Numbered from the stretch's first letter, positions 31,701-40,582 are shown. The stretch: DNA of 64,000 nt from Nitrosopumilaceae archaeon (GCA_965203465.1 CBDBCR010000003.1:320001-384000); one strand, 5' to 3'. The notes: generated from the letters alone by a model not told the origin. Translations and numbers: made by a program.

Positions 31701-32178
31701 GCGCACGCACAATTGTGGCCGCGACCGGCTCGCGACTTGCCGTGACGGTGCAACGTAACAGTCCATTTTTGTGCGCGTTCAAATCTTTACGAGTGTTGTG
31801 CACAGAAGACGCCAGTTCGGGCACCGCGTCGCGCAGGATGCCGTGGGCCTTTTTCCATTCAGCGCTGTTGCCGGGCGCGTACAGCGCGTCCAAGAACACG
31901 GCCATAGTTGACTTGCCGGAGCCGTACGGCCCGGTCACCGATATGGCGCGGCCGTGCTTGCCGCCCCGCATCCCCAGATCCAGCCTTGCGATCGCGTCGA
32001 ACGTGCCTGGCCCCGGTATGTATCCACGCAGGGCTTCCGAACCCCGATCGTGTTCAGCGTTGACAGCGGCGTATTTTTTGAGCGACAGAGTCGCCATCCA
32101 AGAGAGATGAACCCTCTCCACCCGGATGTTCTTGGAATCTGCCGTTCTCGATCTAGCGGCCTTTGCCCGTCTAGTCAT
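28756..32178 (-). CDS. sspC: Large P-loop ATPase, SspC-like
   Basis: TGPYGSGKS, IVDEFGK, EWSKVQGRF, CYPLHP, YGQNERTL; ATGA overlap with the DUF4007 gene. Confidence 0.8.
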   Translation of the reverse strand: MTRRAKAARSRTADSKNIRVERVHLSWMATLSLKKYAAVNAEHDRGSEALRGYIPGPGTFDAIARLDLGMRGGKHGRAISVTGPYGSGKSTMAVFLDALYAPGNSAEWKKAHGILRDAVPELASSVHNTRKDLNAHKNGLLRCTVTASREPVAATIVRALEDGARRYFGRRRWAFDGADALKSMKNGLDGGKMPNTASILNVIRGMCAKAPILVIVDEFGKNIEYFTDEQRGEGDLFLLQAMAELAGGSERIPLFIVTLQHMAFEEYATGVSTAQRREWSKVQGRFDDLPFSNSPEQARLLVAGALKPAETDHVKKEYREAIDAWAKDQAEKARNAGLGQDISEGLLSSCYPLHPLVLEVLPEMCSRYGQNERTLLSFVAGGGSHTVARFIDEKDWDGLGELPAVGLDVLYDYFVAGSALAHASSSNVSRLMEVSTIIRDARGLSEEESRALKAIGVLNLLGKSGRLRASRSMVRYATGGSSDAALQVLEKKSIVTYRRHADEYRIWHGSDTDIRAALETARTRWSDAPLADMLNKFMPLDPVVAARHSRKTGTVRVFERRFADRGQGEWAEPEGRDGAITYVTGKPERSESPPRRPVLAVEAADLGPLRAAAIEAASIRDVLESKPEITVDWVARKELNERLEAAESAMVRGFDAAFGKGAKWHRAGKPGKPAKQNSAGEAASKACDDAYPDAPLVFNVIVNRNVVSPQGTSAVNKLLGAMVKNSGAPRLGIEGWGPERAIYEALLGRTGIHRGKNAKVGLYPPRGLVAKMWNRMHLMIKERGGRVRVSEIYSEAASPPFGARAGIMPVLLTALILANRDSIALYEHGTYCPTVTAESLERMVKNPDLFEVKHVGSAKANRPALERIARELQTGKAGSGRLDILDVVSRLVRTVNSLPKCVKETDTVGKDASAVREAISRATEPDTLLFESLPAALGLGHVRGARAEARLDEFALRLGSAVNVLESAFTRMLQDLRTALLDEMEAGDRDKLSKSAAALLEHAADRRTRAFLTALAADTLKDDEWIKYVAMCLTEVPPADWTDGDRRAFKENLADMRDRFTQLGALHFADVSGMYARPSFQVTVVHRDGRTERDVVSMPAQQKKTMERVADKVARDMKGGGFSPKDLRALAALLIHKSEE

Positions 32179-33119
32179 GCAAGAGCCTCCTCGGTTCGGC
32201 GCGTGCCCGGCGCTCTGCGGCCGTACGCTGCGTACAGCACTTGGAACGCGGCGTCTCGCGCGCTGCCTTTGAACGTCATGTTGGGCATGCCGTTGGCGTG
32301 GCTTACCGAGACGGCGCCGCACGCACCGGCCGCCTCGGACAACATTTCTGCCATGTCCGTCTCGCTCAGCTTGAACGCTGTTCCGGGCCCGCCGTTTTCG
32401 AGGGCAAGTCTGTTGATCGATATGGTGCGCCCCGGGATCTCCGCCCTGTCCACAAAGTCCAGGCACGCGTACGCCACGACTAGGGGCGAGAGGCCGGGTT
32501 TCCTGCCCGAGACGAACCGCACGTCCCCGTCCTTCCGCCTCAGCAATCCGAGCGTCCTGAGCGGGCAGTCTAGATAATCCTCCGTCTGTTCTTTGTCTTT
32601 TTTGGACAGGTACGTATGCAGGAACACGTCGGTGTCGCGTTTTACAGAATGCTTGCTTGGCTTCCACCCGTCGACGGCATACACCGTCGACTCTGCCTCT
32701 TCCAAAAGATCCGCCGCAGAATAGACCCCGGTGCCGGCTCCGTTCATTATGGCCCACCACGTGGGAAGGTAGCACGGCGGCGCCAGCAGCGACCAGTGCA
32801 TCAACCATACAGTCTCTGGCCTGTCAAGATCTGGATCGAGGCCGCCGTGGTCATGGAATATGGCTTTCCCCAGAACCGTGGGCGCTGCCCGGGCCTTTCT
32901 GGCACCGGTTCCGTTCTCCAAAACTTTGGCCGCCAAGGCCCAGAACCTCATGGACCGCACCATGTTCTTGCCCACGCCTAGTACTACAGGCGCGTCGTCG
33001 CGCGAGAACACGTCCCGATCGTCTGAGGCATGATCGTATGCCTGCTTTAGCCAGCCGTACCTTGGGTGGAACGTCTCGTGGCGCCCAAACATCTGACGAG
33101 CAGAGTCTTCTAGGCGCAT
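32175..33119 (-). CDS. sspB: DUF4007 protein, SspB-like
   Basis: FGRHETFHPRYGWLK, LGVGKNMVRSMRFW, WLMHW, PLRTLGLL. Confidence 0.85.
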   Translation of the reverse strand: MRLEDSARQMFGRHETFHPRYGWLKQAYDHASDDRDVFSRDDAPVVLGVGKNMVRSMRFWALAAKVLENGTGARKARAAPTVLGKAIFHDHGGLDPDLDRPETVWLMHWSLLAPPCYLPTWWAIMNGAGTGVYSAADLLEEAESTVYAVDGWKPSKHSVKRDTDVFLHTYLSKKDKEQTEDYLDCPLRTLGLLRRKDGDVRFVSGRKPGLSPLVVAYACLDFVDRAEIPGRTISINRLALENGGPGTAFKLSETDMAEMLSEAAGACGAVSVSHANGMPNMTFKGSARDAAFQVLYAAYGRRAPGTRRTEEALA

Positions 33120-33215
33120 GTATTGGATCCTCCCGCAACTCGATTCGAACACGCGGAGTCTTGTGGCAAAACGGACAGCTTGGCCAGGCTTCCATTTGCC
33201 GCACTTGAGAGCATG

Positions 33216-35147
33216 TTAAGCACCCCGATACCCGTGTTTGCGTAGATGTTGATCGTGGTGGCTGAGCGACCGAGTTTTCAATGCCAAGTCGCAGAGTCTG
33301 TTCTCCCGTTCTTCCAGCACATCTGCGGTCCATTCGCCATATTGGTTTAGATATTGCTCGTTGAGCTTGATGTCGGAGCTGCCGTATCCTCGCGGATCTT
33401 GCAGTTTTTCTGCGAAACGCTTTGCTCCCATGCCGCGGTTCCATTTTCTTGGCAAGAGCGTGAGGTTGCCCAGGCGATTCTTGTACTTGTTTATGTCCTC
33501 GTCCTCGGGGTTTTCGCCAAGGAATGCCGAATCGTCCCACTTTTGGTGGTTTTTGGGCAGTATGTGTTCCAACTCGAACGCGTGTTTTGGATACGGGTGG
33601 GGCTTTTCACGGTTCAGGTATATTTCCATTGACAAGAGGATGTATTTGGCGGCCTTGGGGGTAAGCTTGAACATTTTACCCTTAAAATTTTCTGCGAACT
33701 TGGCTTCGGCAATACGCGGAAGCGGGGTACCGGCTACATCCTCGTTTACCAATATCAGGTATATCATTTCTGACAAGCTGGCGTCGCCCTCTAGTTTTTT
33801 TGTGACCCTATTGGCGATAGATCTGACATCTTCTGCGGTTCCATCGTTGATGAATTTGAACTTGAAGAAAAACGTCAAGAGGCAGTCCGCCAAAGTCTGA
33901 AATTCGTAGCTGCCCAAGCTCCATTTCCGGCCAGCTGCGAGCATGGGAACCCGTATGTATCTGGCGCCGAGAAGCTGCATCAGGTAAAAAATACTCTGGG
34001 TTTTTTCGTACTTTTCGTCCTCTGGCAGATCCTCCGGGTAATCCATCTGCTTGACAATTTTGGCGTCTTCGTTGAGGTGCTCTATGTATCTCTCTGCTTC
34101 TTTCGCATTCCTTACCGCAGACTCGACTATCTCGTACAAGTTTTCTGTAGTTATGGGTTTGTCGTTGTAGCGACCCGACGGATGCCGAGAAGATGTGGAT
34201 TCGTATAGGAACCGGTCGTGATCTTCCAAGCGTTCGTCGAATATCTCGCGCCACCGACGTTCCATTCTCTCATGGGCGCCTTGAGACTTTGTGGTGCTGA
34301 GCAGGTGGGATTTTATCAGGTCTGCATCCATTAGCTTTTGTCCTTGAGAGTTAAAGGTGGCGAATATCTTGTAGGCGCTGTACCTGTTGTAAACTACGAT
34401 GAACGCAAAGTGGTTACGCTTTACCAAGTTTTGGGATATGTGTCTAGACAATTCGTTAGCCGCCTCTGAAAACTCATCGGGTTTCTTGTTGTCGAAAGAT
34501 TTATCCAACTTTGCGAGCATTTTTTCCGCCCGTTCGGACAACACGCGGTAGTTGTTTATGAGTAGCGCGTTAGAATCAAGTATTCTTTTTTTGCTGTTCT
34601 TGTACTTGACTAGCAGATCTCTGCACCGGCCTACGTAATCGTGCGTATCTGTGGACATAATATCCCGAAACAGAACAGAATCGTCGTTTCCCAGTTCGAT
34701 TCGTGGCTCTCCTGGCTTTATGTTCAGTATGTTGTCGATGGTGGCCACCGCGTTATCTAGCGCAGGGCGCGTGCCGGGCAGCTCGTTGCCCTTGAATTTG
34801 TATAGACACGAGCGAATAGCGCACAGTATCAGCGCGATGGTGGCTAGTCGCTGCTGTCCGTCGACCACTTCGAACTTTGGCGAGCCGCTTTCTTGTGGAA
34901 CGACGACCATAGCTCCGAGCAGGTTGGTTGAACTAGGCGAGCCGCTAGGCGCTTCTGCCGTCTTTGCTATATCCTCGAACAGCCGTACGGCGTTATCGAC
35001 GTCCCACGAGTAACTTCTCTGATAAGACGGGATTTTGTATGCGTGGATTTCGTCCAACAGGCTACCGATCGACCTGCGGTGTACCTCATAATCCTCGTAA
35101 GACACGTCAAAAGCACCCGGATAGTTCTTTAAATGTTTTAAGTCCAA
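33216..35147 (-). CDS. DUF262 + DUF1524/HNH protein (SspE/GmrSD-like)
   Basis: IPSYQRSYSW, VVDGQQRLAT, FATFNSQG, LEHILP, RLGNLTLL...N; noticeably lower GC. Confidence 0.88.
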   Translation of the reverse strand: MDLKHLKNYPGAFDVSYEDYEVHRRSIGSLLDEIHAYKIPSYQRSYSWDVDNAVRLFEDIAKTAEAPSGSPSSTNLLGAMVVVPQESGSPKFEVVDGQQRLATIALILCAIRSCLYKFKGNELPGTRPALDNAVATIDNILNIKPGEPRIELGNDDSVLFRDIMSTDTHDYVGRCRDLLVKYKNSKKRILDSNALLINNYRVLSERAEKMLAKLDKSFDNKKPDEFSEAANELSRHISQNLVKRNHFAFIVVYNRYSAYKIFATFNSQGQKLMDADLIKSHLLSTTKSQGAHERMERRWREIFDERLEDHDRFLYESTSSRHPSGRYNDKPITTENLYEIVESAVRNAKEAERYIEHLNEDAKIVKQMDYPEDLPEDEKYEKTQSIFYLMQLLGARYIRVPMLAAGRKWSLGSYEFQTLADCLLTFFFKFKFINDGTAEDVRSIANRVTKKLEGDASLSEMIYLILVNEDVAGTPLPRIAEAKFAENFKGKMFKLTPKAAKYILLSMEIYLNREKPHPYPKHAFELEHILPKNHQKWDDSAFLGENPEDEDINKYKNRLGNLTLLPRKWNRGMGAKRFAEKLQDPRGYGSSDIKLNEQYLNQYGEWTADVLEERENRLCDLALKTRSLSHHDQHLRKHGYRGA

Positions 35148-35258
35148 TGCGGTGTGTCAGTGGGCCTGAATCCAATAGTTCGCCTGTACGAGCGCGGTAT
35201 GCGAAGTTGCGCGAGCGCTGATTTGCTGCAACGCGGCCGGCGCGATCGCCGTCTGAGG

Positions 35259-36416
35259 TCATTGCCCTGCCACCTCCACCGTCTTGCCCCGCACAAATCT
35301 GGCCGCGTTCGTCAATTCGGCTACGGCCAGATCTACGTCGCTTTGTTCTGTAGGAACGCCCAGCGACACGCGCACCGACTCGTCGGCCGCGTCCCTGCCG
35401 AGACCCATGGCGGTCAGCACGTGGGACGGCTCCATCGCAGACGACGAGCATGCGCTGACCGACGAGATCTCTATCCTGCGCGCGTTGACAATGACCGCAT
35501 CGGCTATGGCGCCTTCTATCCGGACGTTGGACGTGTTTGGCAGCCTCGGCGCCCCGCCCCCGTTGACAGAGACGCCGCCAAGCTCCGAGACAAGGCGCCT
35601 CTCCATCCCGTCTCGCATGGCCGCGTGCTCGCCGGCCTTGTTCGCCATGACCGGCACCACGTGCTCGCACGCGGCGGCCATGCCGAGTATTCCTGGCACG
35701 TTGAGCGTGCCGCTGCGCATGCCCCTCTCCTGGCCCCCGCCGTGGATCTGGGCCCTTAGCATCTTGCGCGCCTCTTTGTTGGCCACCAGGGCACCGCATC
35801 CCTTGGGGCCGTATATCTTGTGGGCGCTGAACGTGGCTATGTCCACTCCCGCCCTGCCTGCATCGAACGGCACCTTGCCTACAGCCTGGGTGGCGTCGCT
35901 GTGGAGCAGGGCCCCGTGCCTGTGAACCAGCTCGGCTATATCCTCTATGGGCTGCACGACCCCCGTCTCGCTGTTGGCCGCCCCGACCGAAACCAAGTCC
36001 GTCCGGTCGTCCATACGGGCTTCCAGATCGGCCAGGTCCACCAGCCCGTCGGCGCCGACCGGCAGCACGTCAGCCTTGAGCCCGAAATTCCCCATGGCCG
36101 CGCACGGGTTGATCACGGACTTGTGCTCCGTAGAGCAGTAGAGAGCCCGGCGCTCGCGCCCTGGATCGAGCCCGAGCGAGGCAAAGACTACGTTGTTGGC
36201 CTCGGTCGCGCCGGACATGAACACGACGTCGGACTGCCTCATGCCGACCGCGGCGGCCACTCTCTGGCGCGCCCCTTCGACCGCATCCATAGCGTCCTGG
36301 CCGGACTCGTGGACACTGGCAGGGTTGCCGAAGTTTTCGGCCAACGCGGGCATCATCGCCTCTACGACTACACCTGCCGCAGGGGTCGTGGCGTTGTAGT
36401 CTAGGTACACCGGCAT
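35259..36416 (-). CDS. Cysteine desulfurase (IscS/DndA/SspA-like)
   Basis: YLDYNATTP, FGNPAS, GATEANN, FSAHKIYGPKG, RSGT, SACSS. Confidence 0.95.
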   Translation of the reverse strand: MPVYLDYNATTPAAGVVVEAMMPALAENFGNPASVHESGQDAMDAVEGARQRVAAAVGMRQSDVVFMSGATEANNVVFASLGLDPGRERRALYCSTEHKSVINPCAAMGNFGLKADVLPVGADGLVDLADLEARMDDRTDLVSVGAANSETGVVQPIEDIAELVHRHGALLHSDATQAVGKVPFDAGRAGVDIATFSAHKIYGPKGCGALVANKEARKMLRAQIHGGGQERGMRSGTLNVPGILGMAAACEHVVPVMANKAGEHAAMRDGMERRLVSELGGVSVNGGGAPRLPNTSNVRIEGAIADAVIVNARRIEISSVSACSSSAMEPSHVLTAMGLGRDAADESVRVSLGVPTEQSDVDLAVAELTNAARFVRGKTVEVAGQ

Positions 36417-36613
36417 GGTGTGGCCCCCAACCCGCTCTGATTTAAACTTGGCCGGCCGATCGGCCGGAGGCGCGCGATCGCGTCCACGGCGCTGGAAAAC
36501 CCCCGTCCGGGCGCCGCGTTTTGATAAAAAAATTTTTGTCTGTCACTGTATGGCAAGGCCGCCAAAAAGCGCCCCGGCGCGACTTTTGCGCGCGGTTTCA
36601 CGCGCGATCCCGG

Positions 36614-36630
36614 GCAAAAGCTATATAATA
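36614..36630 (+). promoter_or_regulatory. Outward-facing BRE/TATA-like motif at the element right end
   Basis: GCAAAAGC-TATATAA-TA directly before the CGCGCAG core; no plus-strand gene follows in the integrated state. Confidence 0.6.
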
Positions 36631-37627
36631 CGCGCAGTTTGGACCTTATGGAAAAGCTCCGGTACACGTGCGGCCGGAACTCGCGCTCGAGCAGGTTGCG
36701 GCTCCCGTACATGACGTGCGGGTTCTGCGCCGAGCCCGGGTGCCTCGCGTCCTCCACCGTGATCGGCAGGGGCGGCGAATAGAGCACGCTGTTCATGTCC
36801 GACCACAGCTTTTTGGCGATGTGGTTTTTCGGTATGTCGTAGTCGAACATCTTGACCATGCACCCGTCCTCCAGCCGCCCGCCGCCGGGCAGGATCTCCA
36901 GCGGGCCGCCCGGGACGGTGCAGATGCGCCCGTCCGGCCCCACAAAGTACTCGTACCACGTCGTCTTGTCGTCGTCCGAGGCGTTGGGCGTCTCGCGCAC
37001 CAGCGTAAACCCCCACTCGGAGCCGGGCGCCAGTTCCGCGCTGCGCCGCGCCGCGATCAGCTGGTAGCCCCGCTCGCCGCAGAACGGCAGCACGCCGGTT
37101 CCGCCCATGTTGTACTTGCCCTGCACGAACTTTATCCTCTTTTTGTTGCCCTTTTGGAGCGAGAGCAGCGTGGTCTCGAACTTTTCCGGCTCCTGCCCCT
37201 CGCCCCTGTCGGCCACGACTATGTTGGGGCTCGAGGTTTTCGCGCCGTCCGCCATCACGCGCACGTTCTGCGCCAGTTTCAGCATCTTTGGCCCGTCCAG
37301 TTTCGAAATGTCGCCGCCGGGCACGCCCATGTACCTCTCGAGCGCCTCGGCCATGCTAGACGGGGCGCCGCGGCCCGCCGGCCTGTCCCCCGCCATCAGG
37401 CAGTGCTTTATGAGCACGTGGTCGATGGAGTTGACCGGCTTTTCGCACAGGGAATTGACCGGCGAGGACTGCTGGTTTGAGACTATGGCGTAGTTGTTCT
37501 CGGTGCCGCCAAGCGGCTTCCACCCGGCGTCCCTGAAAAAGGGGCCGCCCAGTATCCGGTCCACGTCCCTTTCGCCCTGCGCCCGGGCCAGCGAGAGCAG
37601 CGCGTCGCGCCCGCTCACCTGCGCCAT
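36631..37627 (-). pseudogene. 5' half of the interrupted GHKL/HSP90-like ATPase gene
   Basis: EKPVNSID, ADRGEGQ, QGKYNMGGTG motifs; protein-like sequence ends at SKLR, then runs into element DNA. Confidence 0.8.
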
Positions 37628-37740
37628 CCCGCGTCCACGGGCGCGCCCCACTTGCCGCGCCTAAAAACGTCAGGGTCGCGGGCCGCCGCCGGCCGCCGCC
37701 CTTCGGTAAATCTTTAACCGTGCCCATTTCCACGCGGGGC

Positions 37741-38157
37741 ATGGCATCGGGAGCCCGCATAGCCGAGGCGCGCCGGAAGGTATCGGATCTGATGGAGGCC
37801 GTCGGCGGGCTCGGCGCGGCGCCCGGCGGCGTGACCACGATGATCGACTCGGCCAACCTGCGCAGGCAGGCAGACCACCTCGAAAAGTCGGATCGCGTAA
37901 AGTCGGAGGCCATATCCGCGTACGCCGAATATACGGGGATGCTAGAGCGCGCCCTGCGCGAGGTGGCAGAGGCGCAGCGCCAGATATCCTCCATGGCCAG
38001 GCCGAAAAAGGCCGGCAGGGCAAAGCCGGCCAAGAAAGCGCGGGCAAAGCCGGCCGGAACCAAAAGGCCGGCAGGGCCGAAAAAGGCCGGAAAGGCCAAG
38101 GCCGGCAGGGCAAAGCCGGCCCGCGTCAGGAAATCCGCTCCACGTCGCCGGCGCTGA
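37741..38157 (+). CDS. Coiled-coil protein with Lys/Ala/Pro-rich (histone H1-like) tail
   Basis: Helical N-terminus then KKAGRAKPAKK repeats; TTTAA ~30 nt upstream of ATG 37741. Confidence 0.75.
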   Translation: MASGARIAEARRKVSDLMEAVGGLGAAPGGVTTMIDSANLRRQADHLEKSDRVKSEAISAYAEYTGMLERALREVAEAQRQISSMARPKKAGRAKPAKKARAKPAGTKRPAGPKKAGKAKAGRAKPARVRKSAPRRRR

Positions 38158-39061
38158 CCGAGACCTCGCCGCCGGCGTCTATCACCAGCGAGCCGTCCTC
38201 GTCCATCCGCACGGCCGTCCCCTCGACGGATCCCGCGCGCACGCGCGAGCCTATCGTCGACGAGGCGGCAGTCCAGTCCGAGACCGTGCGGCCCCCGCCC
38301 GCAAGCTCGGAGAGGCGCGCCTCGAGCCGGTCGCATACCAGGCGCGCCGCGCCGACCATCGTGGCCGACGGCGCGCTGTCCGCGAGCGAGGCGGCCCCCC
38401 TGAACCCCGGCGTGCCGGACAGGCGCGCCTCGAGAGCCGCCGCGTCCACGTCGAAGTTGAGCCCTATCCCTATGACCGCGCTCGGCTCGGCGCCGAGCGA
38501 CGCCTCGACGGCGACGCCGGCGAGTTTCTTGCCGCCCAGCTCCACGTCGTTGGGCCAGCGCAGGCGTGGCTCGGCGCCCAGCGTCTTCACCGCGTCGTGC
38601 ACGGCCAGCGAGGCCGCGGCCGGTACGAGCGACGGGCGGCGGGCGCGCGAGACGTGCGAGCGCACAAACGCCGACATCCACAGGCCACCCTCAGGGGACT
38701 CCCACGCGCGCCCCGACCTGCCGCGCCCGCGCGTCTGCCTCGAGGCGAACACGGCAGCGCCGTCGGCCCCCATCCGCGCGGCCTCGTCCTGCGTGGACGC
38801 GCACACGTCGATGTACGCGGCCAAGCTGCCCACCGAGCCCGAGCGCCTGCCCTCCGAGACGAGCCACGGCAGCGGCAGGTCCGGCGACGAAAGAACGCGC
38901 CCGCCCTCTATTACGTACCCCAGGCTCTTGAGCCTGCCCAGTTCCATTAGCGCGGCGCGCCTGCCCCCGCAGATCCCCTCGATCTCGGGCCGCCCGACCG
39001 GGCCGCCCCGCAGCGCGGCGGCGAGCCTCGCGGGCACCTCGTCGGAGGGGCCGAGTATCAT
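38126..39061 (-). CDS. birA: Biotin-protein ligase
   Basis: STQD, QTRGRGRSGRAWESP, RWPNDV, KKLAG. Confidence 0.93.
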   Translation of the reverse strand: MILGPSDEVPARLAAALRGGPVGRPEIEGICGGRRAALMELGRLKSLGYVIEGGRVLSSPDLPLPWLVSEGRRSGSVGSLAAYIDVCASTQDEAARMGADGAAVFASRQTRGRGRSGRAWESPEGGLWMSAFVRSHVSRARRPSLVPAAASLAVHDAVKTLGAEPRLRWPNDVELGGKKLAGVAVEASLGAEPSAVIGIGLNFDVDAAALEARLSGTPGFRGAASLADSAPSATMVGAARLVCDRLEARLSELAGGGRTVSDWTAASSTIGSRVRAGSVEGTAVRMDEDGSLVIDAGGEVSVSAGDVERIS

Positions 39062-39610
39062 CTAAAAGCCGAGGTCGAAGCCGCCGTCGAGGCCCGGATC
39101 GCTGTAGTCCTGCCCGCCGGCGTCCCCCGCGTCCCCGTCGCCGCCCGACCCGTCGGCGGGCATGTCCTCGGCCGGCACGTAGCTGCCCATCGAGGCGCCC
39201 ATCATGGAGAACATCATGGAGAACATCATCATGTCCATGACCCCGAAGAACATCATCATGGGCAGGAACGAGCGGTTGTCGTCCATGAACCCCTTTAGGC
39301 CGGCCTTGTCCTTGCGCTCGTAGAGCATCTTCATCTCGCCCCACTTTGACTCGGCCTCGCGCAGGCCCTCCTGGAGCTCGCGCTGGCCCGCCGGCGTGTT
39401 GCGTATCTGGACTTTTTTGCCGAACAGCCCCTTTTTCTCGACCACCTCTATCATGCCGTCCCTCTCCAGCTCTTCGAGTATGGAGTTGAGCTCTTCCGGC
39501 TCTAGGTTGGAGAGGCGGCGTATCTTGTCGAACTTTTTGGCCTCGCCCTGTATGGCGCCCAGCACTATCACCTTGCGCGGCCCGTACCTCACGGCCCCGG
39601 CTCCGGGCAC
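39062..39610 (-). CDS. Winged-helix protein with Met-rich hydrophobic segment and acidic tail
   Basis: LNSILEELERDGMIEV...TPAG wHTH pattern. Confidence 0.75.
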   Translation of the reverse strand: MPGAGAVRYGPRKVIVLGAIQGEAKKFDKIRRLSNLEPEELNSILEELERDGMIEVVEKKGLFGKKVQIRNTPAGQRELQEGLREAESKWGEMKMLYERKDKAGLKGFMDDNRSFLPMMMFFGVMDMMMFSMMFSMMGASMGSYVPAEDMPADGSGGDGDAGDAGGQDYSDPGLDGGFDLGF

Positions 39611-39646
39611 CCGGTATTAAAATTTTGCATCGGCCCCGGATCGGGC

Positions 39647-40582
39647 CTAGCCTATCGATATCATGCGCTCTATGGCCAGGCGCGCGCGGTCTGCCACCTC
39701 GCGCGGCACGCGCACCTCGTACCTGTCCTCGGCCAGGGCGTCGCGCACGTTGCGCATGTTTATCGTCTTCATGTACTGGCACTCGGCCTTTTCCGAGGCG
39801 GGCACGAACTTTTTGCCCGGGTTCTGCTTGCGCATGCGGTGCAGTATGCCCGTCTCGGTGGCCACCACGAACGGGCCCGGCCCAGAGGCCGCGCGCCCCA
39901 TCATGCCCTCGGTGGACAGTATCGAGACTGTCCGCGAGCCGTACCCCCCCGAGGCCGCGTCGTAGAGCAGCGGCGTGGTGCATCCGCACTCGGGGTGCAC
40001 GAGCAGCTCGGCGCCGCGCATCGCGTCCATCTTGGCGGCCACCTCCTCGGGCCTTATCCCCGCGTGCACGTGGCACTCGCCGGCCCACACCCGGACGTTG
40101 GAGCGGCCCGTCTGGCGCGCCACGTACGCGCCGAGGAACATGTCCGGCAGGAACAGTATCTCCTTTTCGCGCGGTATCGCGTTCACGACGGCGACCGCGT
40201 TGGACGACGTGCAGCAGTAGTCCAGCTCGGCCTTTACGCTCGCGGCGGTGTTTACGTACCCGACGGCCACGGCGCCGGGGTGCTCTTTTTTCCACTCGGC
40301 GACCTCTTCTGCCGTGATCGAATCGGACAGCGAGCAGCCCGCCTCGAGCGTCGGGATGAAGACGCGCTTTTGCGGGCTGATGATGGCCGCCGTCTCTGCC
40401 ATAAAGTGCACGCCGCAGAACAGTATCCGCGAGCGCCCGTCTTTGCCGGCCATGCGCGAAAGCCCCAGCGAATCGCCCACATAGTCCGCTATATCCTGGA
40501 CCTCGGGCACCTGGTAGTTGTGCGCCAGTATCAGCGCGTCCTTTTGCTCCTTCAGCCGGAGTATCTCGTCTCGGTACGACAC
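39647..40582 (-). CDS. nadA: Quinolinate synthase
   Basis: ILAHNYQ, FCGVHFMAE, CTSSNA, HPEC, CQYMK. Confidence 0.97.
   Translation of the reverse strand: MSYRDEILRLKEQKDALILAHNYQVPEVQDIADYVGDSLGLSRMAGKDGRSRILFCGVHFMAETAAIISPQKRVFIPTLEAGCSLSDSITAEEVAEWKKEHPGAVAVGYVNTAASVKAELDYCCTSSNAVAVVNAIPREKEILFLPDMFLGAYVARQTGRSNVRVWAGECHVHAGIRPEEVAAKMDAMRGAELLVHPECGCTTPLLYDAASGGYGSRTVSILSTEGMMGRAASGPGPFVVATETGILHRMRKQNPGKKFVPASEKAECQYMKTINMRNVRDALAEDRYEVRVPREVADRARLAIERMISIG

Larger units (their letters stand above)
11506..36637. mobile_element. ~25.1-kb integrated element with tyrosine integrase and defence cargo
   Basis: 7-bp direct repeat CGCGCAG at 11506-11512 and 36631-36637; integrase next to left end; split host gene; patches of lower GC. 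Confidence 0.85.

Noticed and set aside
26986-36416. BREX type 4 or Dnd system
   Set aside because: No PglZ or BrxL, and no DndB/D/E recognisable; desulfurase + DUF4007 + ATPase + PAPS reductase + DUF262/1524 fits Ssp better.
11513-36630. Provirus or complete conjugative element
   Set aside because: No capsid, terminase, portal, pilin or mating-pore membrane genes recognisable.
11531-36649. CCTTAT (11531-11536 and 36644-36649) as the att core
   Set aside because: Joining there leads to a stop (TAA at 11527-11525) and cuts into the integrase start; CGCGCAG restores the frame.
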